A DNA stretch of 64,000 nt from the NCBI RefSeq assembly GCF_001194135.2, contig NC_068982.1:41386366-41450365 (forward strand). The letters are read 5' to 3'. Origin of the DNA: Octopus bimaculoides (Eukaryota). Below are positions 37,576 through 48,346 of the stretch, in pieces (positions within the stretch are counted from its first letter, which is position 1; each line of letters starts with the position of its first letter). The position numbers and the translations under genes are program-made. The notes beneath the pieces were generated by a model. That model was not told where the DNA came from and searched no databases. It worked only from the letters and a program-made list of their open reading frames with translations.

Positions 37576-37692
37576 CCGAGAAGTCAGAGGATGTGTGCTT
37601 TCAGTAATATCAAAAAAGTTTTCTGGTGATTTGTTTGGATTCTCCATATCCATCCAGAATTGGTTTACATCTTTGGCTAAATCCTTAGGTAT
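37576..37692 (-). CDS. ARHGAP19: ARHGAP19-like exon (IPKDLAKDVNQFWMDMENPNKSPENFFDITESTHPLTSR)
   Basis: ttgcag/gtttgt boundaries; 117 nt, phase 0/0, open. Confidence 0.8.
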
Positions 37693-37849
37693 CTGCAATG
37701 GAAATATAATGATGATAATTTATTAAAAAAAAATCACCCATATAAAGGTGGTGCCATAGCATGGTCTTGACCTCTGGCTGAAACCAGTAAAAGATAAAAG
37801 ACAATAAAGTATGATACATGGAAATAGAAATACACACTAAAGAGTTTAC

Positions 37850-37936
37850 CTTAAATACATCACCAGCTTGCTCAATGATGAAAGTTGTAAGTTCAGAAAA
37901 GTTTTCTGCTGCCACATGGAATTCTGAAGGTGAGAG
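37850..37936 (-). CDS. ARHGAP19: ARHGAP19-like exon (LSPSEFHVAAENFSELTTFIIEQAGDVFK)
   Basis: ctccag/gtaaac boundaries; 87 nt, phase 0/0; aligns with human FMIKHSQKLFK. Confidence 0.88.
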
Positions 37937-39730
37937 CTGGAGAGAGAGAATGAACATTATTGAAGAGAGACCAAAACATTACATGTAAAATTATACCAGA
38001 TAAAAAACAAGACAAAAACACCAAAAAACCCTAATAACCTTTTATTTCCTAGGGACACAGGGAAGGCAGAATAGTCAATTGAACTTATCATAATTTCCTT
38101 TTCTACTCTAGCCACAAGGCCCAAAATTTTTGGGGCGGGGACCAGTCAATTAGATCGACCCCAGTACACAACTCGTACTTAATTTATTGACCCTGAAAGG
38201 ACGAAAGGCAAAGTTGACTTCAGTGGAATTTGAACTCAGAACCTAAAGACAGACGAAATATTGCTAAGCATTTCACCCAGCATGCTAACATTTCTGCCTT
38301 GAACTTATAATATCATACTGATTCTTGTTTTATTGATTATATCAAGAGTTAGACTCCATCGTGAAGAATTAACTATGATAGTAAAGTGTCTGATCAGATG
38401 CTCTACAATGCTAATTCATATGATTTACATAAATTATGATAACGTTATTCAATACTTGAATTTGCAAGAGAAAATTTATCTTAAATGATGAGAAACCACT
38501 TCTGTTATCCATTATTTGTGTCAGAACTGTTCTGTGAAAATAGAGAGACAGCTAGCACGGCCAAAGTAAAACTGTAAAGTTCTTGGATAATGTGAACAAG
38601 GAATGATTGTCATCACATTAGACTGGGTTACCATCACCATTACAAGATTTCCAAGTTTACTTTTGAAGTGCTATAGCTGATACTTTGTGTAAAAATGAGC
38701 ACTACAGAAATTCATTCTAAAAATTGTGATATCTTCAGAGGTTTTTTTCAAATGTATATTGGTTGACTTGGAACACATTCTATAATGCAATTTTCCACAG
38801 AAAATTCTTTGCAAGAGTTGAAAATTAACACTAAAGTTGAAGCATACATAAATTACAAATACATTGTAAAAGTTGATGCTATAAGTAATTTGGTTTCAAA
38901 TTTTGACACAAGGCCAGCAAATTTGCAGGAGAGGTAAATCGATTACATAGACCCCAGTGCTCTATTTGTATTTATTTTATTGAACCTAAAAAAATGAAAG
39001 GCATGGTGGAATTTGAACTCAGAATGTAGAGGCAGACGAAATTCTGCTAAGCATTTTGCTTGGCATGCTAGTGATTCTGCCAGCTCACTGTACTTCAGTG
39101 ATATATAATATTAAAGACAAGCCAGAGTAAAAATCTATGTCACGCTACATGGGTTGCTAAACAGATTACATTAATTTTGGTGCATAACATTAATTGCACT
39201 AGTCTATTCATTTTGATTTCAATACCTTATTATTAGTTTCAAATTTTGGCAAAAGGCCAGCAATTCCAGGGAAGTGGGTAAGTCAATTACAATGACCCCA
39301 GTGCTCAAGTGGTACTTATTTTATCGACCCAAAAGGATGGAAGGTAAAGTTGAACTCAGAACATAAAGATGGATGAAATGCCACTGAGCATTTTGCCTGG
39401 TGTGCTAACAATACCTTAGTATTAATATAACAATTGCTTTAGAAAATATAAAAAAACTTTTATACTCTTATCACAATACAATATTTATGATTGCAGTGAA
39501 ATGAGTGAAACAAGTAAAAGATAAAAGCAAAATAATTAGTTTTAACTGATTATAGGGAAATCCATTTAAGTACACTATATGCTGAGTTGACTATGGCAAT
39601 ATTTTACATTATATAACTTTAAAAGGAAAGGGTCAGGAAACCAAAATTTCTTAAGAACTGATATTTTACTGATTTAAAAACAAAAATTCAATGAATGCCA
39701 AAGAGTGAATAAAATCAAATCAGGACATAC

Positions 39731-39945
39731 ATTTCTTGGGCAGAGGAAATGGGGTGCAAATATAGTGCCAAGAGATTTGGTTGTCATTCGATTTTTTTTC
39801 TCGGTTACAACTTTAGAGAGGAGATCAAGCAAACATTCAAGTAGTAAAGTGTTCTCTTTAGGGAGCAGAAGTATGAGCAGTTGGATGGCTTTTAGTACTT
39901 TCGCTTGCTTCTTGTTATTTTCCAGCTTACAGTGACGTGCCATTT
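39731..39945 (-). CDS. ARHGAP19: ARHGAP19-like exon, RhoGAP C-terminal half (QLLILLLPKEN...NRMTTKSLGTIFAPHFLCPRN)
   Basis: N.M...L...FAP RhoGAP signature; 215 nt, phase 1/0. Confidence 0.95.
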
Positions 39946-40806
39946 CTGAAGAGAGAAAAAATATACAATATTGGAGTGAAACAAGGTGACATGAAATTCA
40001 GATTGTAATTAAGCAACTTAGACATAAAGAAGAAAAAAATTTGTTGGGCGAAACTGCTTCCCTCTGAATAGACATTAACAACATAGGTGCAAACATGGCC
40101 ATGTAGTGTAAAAACTCATTTTACAACCACATTTGTCCTGAGCAGGATTTCATTGCACAGCACCTTACATGAACATCTATAGCCTTGGGATGACAAATAC
40201 CTCATGAACTGAATTTGGTAGATACTGTAGATAAGCCTGTTGTATGTATGTACATACACACACACAAATAAAATGCTGAGATCCCAGAAATACCACCTTA
40301 GTCCTAGCTGGGCCCATGCAATACCTGGTTGTTTCTAGTGAATATTTCTCTTCTGTGTACCCACTAATTGTGGCCTACCAGAGCACACCTGACTAAAATT
40401 ACTCCATACAGGTATGCATGACATGCAAACTGAATTGTATCCAGACACCACCAAACTGATTACTTCATCACATGAAATAACTTCAACTCCTCAGCTGGGT
40501 CACTAAACCTGCTGCCGCTAGACTGTCTTCTTTGTCAGATGGTAGCATATATGAAATTATCTGAAGTCACTGTTTTATTAAACTATTCACATGACCTGAA
40601 TTGATCAATGGAATCCCATTACTTCACATCTAGAAATCGTCTTTCAACCCCATTTCTCTGACTACATACATCTGAAGATACTATGGATACATTTACGTCT
40701 ACAAAACAGAGCCAATTTATTAGATATTTACGACACCTACTATGCATTGAATGCTATTATTATCTTTTGTTTCTTTCTCTACATGTGTATATTCATTCAT
40801 TGTAAT

Positions 40807-41015
40807 TTAACCCTTTCATTACCAACCTGGCTGAAACCGGCTCTGGCTCTGAGTACAAGTTTTGAATCAAAATCTTCCACCAAACCTTAGTCACAATTTA
40901 TGTTCCTAACACTAGCTGAATGATAACTAAGTTATTTTACTAAATTCTTTGTTATATTTAAAGTAATTGAAAGAAACAGAGCATCTCAAAATAAATACAG
41001 TAGCGAAAGGGTTAA
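40807..41015. mobile_element. piggyBac-type MITE
   Basis: TTAA CCCTTTC...GAAAGGG TTAA termini. Confidence 0.75.
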
Positions 41016-41244
41016 TGTCCTCTTTTCTATACTTGCATCATAGGTCTGATAGAATTTTCTAAGACAGATTTTCTCGTCCAGATACCCTTCCTGTTGCCAA
41101 CCCTTATCTGTTTCCAAGCAAAGTAATATTTCTCCATGGCCAGACATGTTTTTCAAGGAAGGCTACAGATGGACATGGTGTGTATGATAGTGATGCTTGT
41201 TTACAATCATCATTTCAAGACAAGGCTACACATAAAATTCTTAC

Positions 41245-41454
41245 CTGTCAATTGGATATGCGCTTTAGAAAATTTGTCCATCATAAGACATTCAGGAAGT
41301 TCTTTCAAAAAAGTTTTCAAAACAGAAGCACAATCATGAGGTGAGAATTTCCCACTTTCTAGATTTAATTCATTATTTTGAATAAGCATGCTTCTCAAAA
41401 CACTTTGTCGGTTATTACTGCCTGTCTTACGGAATAAACCTTCACATTCAATAT
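41245..41454 (-). CDS. ARHGAP19: ARHGAP19-like exon, RhoGAP domain with arginine finger (NIECEGLFRKTG...HDCASVLKTFLKELPE)
   Basis: EGLFR arginine-finger motif and KxFLxELPE RhoGAP motif; 210 nt, phase 1/1. Confidence 0.95.
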
Positions 41455-42083
41455 CTGTAAAACAACAGCAATTTCATATTACAATATATATCAATGAGAG
41501 AATATACAGAATACATTTAAAGATAAAACATATATTTTACTTGAGACACTATATATACAAGGTAATATCTAAAAAGCATAAGGGAACAGCTTAAAATCCA
41601 CAAGCATTTTAGTTTCAGAGCATATATCTATTATACTTGCTAGGAAGTTACAAAAAGAATAACAACATTAGCTAAATTAGTTTTGAAGGAGAAATGTCCA
41701 TAATTAGCGTCAGAAAATCTGTTCAAGCAAGAAAAGAACAGAAAAAAAAGTACAGGAATGGCAATGATACCTATATTTATGTTGATTAATCCTTTTGACA
41801 TACTTCTGTTGAAATACACTGCCTTTATTTCAATTAATTTTAAAAATGAAGAATTTAGTAAAGTAACATTGTCATTATTTAAGCTGGTGTTTGGAACATA
41901 ATTTAACAAAATTTTGATTGAAGATTATAATTTAGATTAATTTAAAACAGGAAGTTTGTATCATAAAACTATGAATACTCTGAGGAGGGTTCGTATCAAA
42001 AGGGTTAAACAGTTCAAATCACTCAAATCCCAAGCAAAATACATAAAAATGTAACAAAAAGAAAGAAACAACAGAACCCTTAC

Positions 42084-42173
42084 TTTCTTGATGTTTTAAA
42101 AATTCAATCAAACGAAATATTGAAGCAATGCTCTCTCCAGTTAACTGACTACCAAACAGACCACTTTTACTTT
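42084..42173 (-). CDS. ARHGAP19: ARHGAP19-like exon (ESKSGLFGSQLTGESIASIFRLIEFLKHQE)
   Basis: Matches human KGVIFGSPLTEEGIAQIYQLIEYL; tttcag/gtaagg boundaries; 90 nt, phase 1/1. Confidence 0.9.
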
Positions 42174-42764
42174 CTGAAATAAAGAGAAAATATTAGCAAA
42201 CAAGGAAGAATACTGTCAGAGAATTTATATGGTATGATCTTATGACAATCAAAATTTGTTTCAACCACCGCAACCTAGGTGATGTCAGAGCACTGTCTAA
42301 TGTAGTGTTTTCTAACTACATTTGTTAGTCTAGCATACCATTTGATAACAAGTCTAATTGGCCAGAAACCTTCCTTAAAACTTCTGTAATAGTATTCAAA
42401 GGTTAGTGAAGTTGGATATACCTGGTGCTTAGTGAAATGAATTTTAGTACCCCAGGTTGGAAAGTACTGTTTACAGATATGTTAAATTATTTATTAAATT
42501 CCAATCATTATATATTCAAATCCTATGTTTTTAAATCTTTGCTCTTGAATATATTTTTGTTACTATTATTCTTTCCATCATTTTAACTGATGGTAGAAGT
42601 AGACAATTATTGCTGTTCACTGTGACAAATGATTAGTTACACTAGGTCCAGCTTCTGTTACTGTCATTATTATTGTTGTTTCTTTAACCCTTTGGCATTT
42701 AAACCATCCATATCAGGTCCATGTATCCTACTATTCTTATGCTCAAATTGGCCAGATCTGATCT

Positions 42765-43676
42765 GGTGAAAATTGGTGTGCATCAGGGATCTGTGTTGTC
42801 ACTGTTGTTGTTTGCAATTGTGGTTGATGTAGTGACAGAGACTGCAAAAAAAGGGATTGATAATGGAGATACTGTTTGCAGATGACCTTGTTCTGATGAG
42901 TGAGACAATGGAGGGATTGAGAGAGAAGTTTTGGAAATGGAAGGAGGCGTTTGAAAGCAAGAGTCTGAAGGTAAACCTCAGGGCAGAAGGAGAAATGCTA
43001 GTAAGGTGGATCCATGTGGTGTATGTGAGAGGAGGGTAATGGCAAATGCAGTGTTGTGTATGAGATGTGAGAAATGGATTCATGGTAGATGTATGAAAAT
43101 GAAGAAGGTGACCCCAAGACTGGCAAGTGAGTTTGTTTGTGGAAGATGTGAGAAAGGAGTTGGAGGGCTGGTGGAACCAGTGGAAATGCTATGTGACGAG
43201 GTGGAAATGGTGAGAGGGTTTTGTTATTTGGGAGAAAGGATGGATGTGAAGCAGCTGTGACAGCAAGAATGAGACTTAGCTGGGTGAAGTTCAGGGAATG
43301 TGGAGCATTGTTATATGGGAAAAGATTCTCATTGAAGATGAAAGGAAGGGTCTTTAGGAGTTGCGTGAGAGCTGCAATGCTGTATAGGAGTGAGATGGCA
43401 ATTTTGAGAAGGGCCAAGAGAGCAATGGTGAGAGAAAGCTGTTTGATAAGAGGAAAACTGAGGAATTGATGGGGATGCTGGGGTTGGAGGAATCGGTGGA
43501 ACAGCTGGCAAGGGTGAATGGAGTGCAGTGGTATGGGCATGTGTTGGGGAAGGTGCTTGAGTTTGAGGTAAATGGATCGTGAAAGTGAGGTAAACTGAGG
43601 AAACACAGAGGGAACAGGTGGAGGAGGAGATTGGGAGGATGCCCAAAACCTGGATTTAAAACACTGGATGATGATG
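42765..43676 (+). mobile_element. 5'-truncated RTE-clade LINE inserted into a piggyBac-type MITE
   Basis: RT core EILFADDLVL, then CMRCEKWIHGRC and RGFCYLG motifs; (GAT)n tail; TGATCT target-site duplication at 42759-42764 and 43675-43680. Confidence 0.88.
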
Positions 43677-44713
43677 ATCTCTCACACCTACTCTACAATG
43701 TCATTCAAAACATAAACAATCACATTGTCAAAACTTTGATAATGCAGGATCAATTCAAAACAATGTGAATAAATATGCATAAGCTTTGACATAGTAATCT
43801 GAATGCTAAGGGGTTTATTTTTCATCCTTCCATTAACATGCATAACAAGGAAGTAATAATTTATGAACCAGAGGTTGTATAATCGGAAAAGTTAAAGCAT
43901 AAATATTCAAGCAGTATATCTGAAAATGAATCTTTTGTGAAACTCTTTTTTTCGTGTCAGATATTCCAAAATATTATCCAGGTATTTTTATTCCAAGGTA
44001 TGAAAAATTTGAAGATACATAAAATGAGATAAATGAAGAGTAATTTTTCTGACCCAAGATGGAGTACAATTTGAAAGTTACATTTACAGTTAAGAACTTT
44101 GTTACAACAAAAGGGAAAGGCAAGAAGCCAAGAAGTTAGTCAGACTCCTCCCAATCACTATCATTTAACTGCCATTTTTCATGCTGGTATAGGTTAGATG
44201 GTTCAAGAGAAGCCATCAAACCAGATGACTGTGCCTAACTGCAATGTCTGGTTTGGCATGGTTTCTACAGTTGGATGTCCTTCCTAACACCAACCATTTT
44301 AGAGTGTACTGGGTGCCTTTTATGTGGTGTCGGCACTAGTGAGGTCGCCAAGTAACCTGCAAAATGACTATTTTAATTAAGAGTTCTTGGTGGTCGTGAT
44401 GTAGTTTAGCTTTAAGCCAGTAGACCTATGATTAATAGCACTGAAACCATAATTATACCATCTTTTCTTTAGGAATAGCATACTCTGAACTACATTATTC
44501 AGTGTGTTCTTTATAAGATTAAAGAAATTTAGCTTCTATTTCTTGTATGAGGAAGCTGCATTAATTACTTTTAAGTATCAAATATTGAAGTACAATTGTG
44601 AGAAAACATGGATGCTAACTAATATCTAATTGTGGAAAAAGAAAAAAGAAAAGAAGCAGCAAATAGTTTTCAGTCTTGAACAAAATATGAAATTGTAATA
44701 AAGAATATCTGAC

Positions 44714-44906
44714 CATTTTTCTTTTTCCGGAGTGGAGTAAGAGGCTTTTTTGGTTTGTTGTCAGACAGTATTTCCTCCAAACCACTGTCATTTAAGTCAA
44801 GCACAACAGATAAGTGCATTAAACATAATGAGAAAAACTTCTCGGGCATACAATTTCTGAGTCGGACAACACTCTTGTTGAACTCCTTCTGGAGTACTGA
44901 CATCAT
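44714..44906 (-). CDS. ARHGAP19: Rho GTPase-activating protein 19-like, first clearly homologous coding exon (MMSVLQKEFNKSVVRLRNCMPEKFFSLCLMHLSVVLDL...)
   Basis: Resembles the ARHGAP19 N-terminus (human ...VEKLRHEKPEIFTELVVSNITRLIDL); acceptor directly before ATG; 193 nt, phase-1 donor gtcaga. Confidence 0.8.
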
Positions 44907-45034
44907 CTAAACATTGAAAAAGAAAAAGAGAGAATAAATATGTTAAAAATATAGAAGCAGATATATTACCCAAAAGGATCACCTAATCTCTGTAAATACA
45001 GAGAATAAAAAAAACATGCTTTCTATGACAGTTA

Positions 45035-45228
45035 CAGTATTTTCCAGTATACAAGTCAACATAGTCTATAGTGTAAACATTCAGACATTGTCATCACCTT
45101 TCCAAAACCTGATGCATTCCACATGGAATTTTTGGTCCTCCAAAGTTGTCTTGGTGTATAAGTCAACCTACCTCTTCGCCTTGTAAATTTTGGCCAGAAA
45201 CATTTGACTTGTATACCGGAAAATATGG
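45035..45228. mobile_element. pogo/Tigger-type MITE in an ARHGAP19 intron
   Basis: TIR CAGTATTTTCCAGTATACAAGTCAA / TTGACTTGTATACCGGAAAATATGG with flanking TA dinucleotides. Confidence 0.75.
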
Positions 45229-48200
45229 TAAAAACCAAACAGATTCCAATAATGTTAGCAGTTTTCTGCTTTATCTGATCAGAAAACCGTAATAAGAAAT
45301 GCAATTATTTAAAAAAAAAAAAAAAAAAAAATAACATCATTAGTGTCTAATATTTGGCTTTAATTCCTGAACAAATCTGTGACTGATTTTTTTACAAGTA
45401 ATTTATAGTTCAATAGTTTGCTTTCTGATTTCTTGTACTTCTTTTGAGTGTGTCACTTAACTTAAAACCATAATCAAGGAGTCTTATGATCAAAAATATT
45501 CCAGTTGCCACCATCCACTTTTTTCTTTCAGACACACTATTCAATGTTAAAAAGCCACATGTACAATATTATTCTTATTTCTTTATTGCCCACAAGGGGC
45601 TAAACATAGAGGCGACAAACAAGGACAGACAAACGGATTAAGTCGATTACATCGACCCCAGTGTGTAAACTGGTACTTAATTTATCGACCCCGAAAGGAT
45701 GAAAGGCAAAGTCGACCTCAGAACATAACGGCAGACAAAATACCGCTAAGCTTTTCGCCCAGCATGCTGTTTCTGCCAGCTCGCCGCCTTTCATGTACAA
45801 TATTATTCTATCACCATGATGTCCACTGTGTAGCTGAAGCTATTCTTTACAAGCTAGATCAGTGGTTCTCAACAAGGGTCTATATGGACCTTAAGGGTCC
45901 ATATAAAATATTGTTAAAATTTATTCGCGATAAATTGGTTATAACCTCTTACAATACACAAAATATTAAAATTTTTTTTTTTATATAAACTTCCTAATAA
46001 TATTTAATTATAAGAATAGGATTTTTTAAACACTGAATACCGGACATTAAATGATGATGATGAATGGCTAGGAGAGTCTATCTAAGTACAATAGGAATCA
46101 AAGGGGTCCATAGGTAAAAAAAATGATTGAGAGACACTGAGCTAGACAGTAGGGTAGAGTGTCTTTGTGAAAGGACATCAAAATAACTGGTGTAAAATCT
46201 TAGAATTCTGTGACAATATCTTCCGTTTATTGAAACCCAATAAGCCTGTAGTTGAACTGGATGTTAGTTCAACATGTATAGAAAGTTTGGTGAAGATTGG
46301 TTCCCTGGTTTGGGCAGCAAGATGGTGGCAGCCAGACAGAAATTGCCATTTATATATAAGATTAGTTATTAGAGCAGTTAGCAGAAAAGATGAATGTTGG
46401 GAGCTAGCATACCCAACACTAGTCCTTCTGTACATAAACACAGCATCAACACAACATTTATTCTCTCTATTAATAGTTTCTCAAGGCTATATTTGATGTG
46501 GTAGTTCTATTTGTTCCTTAAGTATAACCAAGGTTAAGAAGATTATGTCATTATCATGTGCTTGATCCCACTGCCCAACACCTAGAGTGAGTATCTTCTT
46601 CCAAGGTCTCAGGTTAACTCACACTGGTCTGTACCAGTTCATGAGTAGTAGACCTAATCTATTTCCTGTTCTTTTTTTTTTGCCTGTGGTAGAGTCCACT
46701 TTGTTGCAAGCACATACACTTGCTCTCTGGTCTCAGATAACCTAATATTTTGCCTCTTATAGTCTCGTCTCTGGAGCCTTTGCTAAATAAAGTCATTAAT
46801 TGCTGCCCTTCCTCCTCTGATTAAGAGACACATATATACACTCACTAATAACTGTCAACCATCAATCACTGTTACACCGAACTGGTGTGTGTATAATACA
46901 ACAGAGGTTGTTTTCAGAAATCAGTAATCTAAATTGTGACACAAACCTTTCAACCAGAAAGTCCTGAAAGTGAAAGATTGGTTCTAATTTGTATGTGAGA
47001 TATTTTCTTTCAACTCTGAGACACATATTTGCTGTGAATTGTCTATGTAAAGCAACAAGGATAAACAATTTTTATGGTACTACTGACAAATCCTCCAACA
47101 TCCTCAGTAATTATATATTTAATTATGTGTATTTAAATCATTATAGTTCCAGCTATGTAACAGTACTGTTAGGAGTATGTACAATCTTTTCCTGTTTGTT
47201 CAGCTTCAGGTTATCTATGATTGAAGAGAACTAAGATCTAAAGTATTCTAGCCATGAATACCAAACCCCACCCTCCACCACCAAACATAGAATATCTAAG
47301 ACTACATTACTGAATGAGTCCTTCCTTTTGCAGACTGCAATTTAAATGCTATTTTTCTAATAACCTTTTGGCAAGTTTTTGTTCATGTTTAAATTTGTGT
47401 TTCAGTAACTGTCAGCTAGGGATCTTTTTTAAAACGGGGGCCACATTTTTCATTAACGAAACACTTTGAAACTTGGAACACTGGTAGAATGTGTCATATA
47501 AAACATCTTTTTCTCTTAGTCTTCTTTAAAAAAAAAGAAATCCATAAGTTATTCCATGTTAAAGTTGTCGTATTTCTGTAATTTCAACCAATCACTGACG
47601 TCCATTCAGCCGATATACATTAAGTGCCGACTACATAAACAAACGATTCTGAAACAATTAACCCTAACCCTACGGTTAGGGTTAGGGTTAAAGCAAATTT
47701 AAAATGAAAAAAGCAAATAAAACGAAGGTATGGAGATTAAATACGCTTTACATCGCTTAATCAGCCAAAGGNNNNNNNNNNNNNNNNNNNNNNNNNNNNN
47801 NNNNNNNNNNNNNNNNNNNNNNNNNNNNNNNNNNNNNNNNNNNNNNNNNNNNNNNNNNNNNNNNNNNNNNNNNNNNNNNNNNNNNNNNNNNNNNNNNNNN
47901 NNNNNNNNNNNNNNNNNNNNNNNNNNNNNNNNNNNNNNNNNNNNNNNNNNNNNNNNNNNNNNNNNNNNNNNNNNNNNNNNNNNNNNNNNNNNNNNNNNNN
48001 NNNNNNNNNNNNNNNNNNNNNNNNNNNNNNNNNNNNNNNNNNNNNNNNNNNNNNNNNNNNNNNNNNNNNNNNNNNNNNNNNNNNNNNNNNNNNNNNNNNN
48101 NNNNNNNNNNNNNNNNNNNNNNNNNNNNNNNNNNNNNNNNNNNNNNNNNNNNNNNNNNNNNNNNNNNNNNNNNNNNNNNNNNNNNNNNNNNNNNNNNNNN

Positions 48201-48315
48201 NNNNNNNNNNNNNNNNNNNNNNNNNNNNNNNGTCTTCTACTATAGCCTCGGGCCGACCAAAGCCTTGTGAGTGGATTTGGAAGACGGAAACTGAAAGAAG
48301 CCTGTCGTATATATG

Positions 48316-48346
<31 letters not shown>

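Noticed and set aside
42998-43646. 202-aa and 105-aa minus-strand ORFs
   Set aside because: They are antisense shadows of the purine-rich RTE fragment.
45056-45304. 82-aa minus-strand ORF as an ARHGAP19 exon
   Set aside because: It coincides with a TA-flanked MITE and shows no ARHGAP19 similarity.
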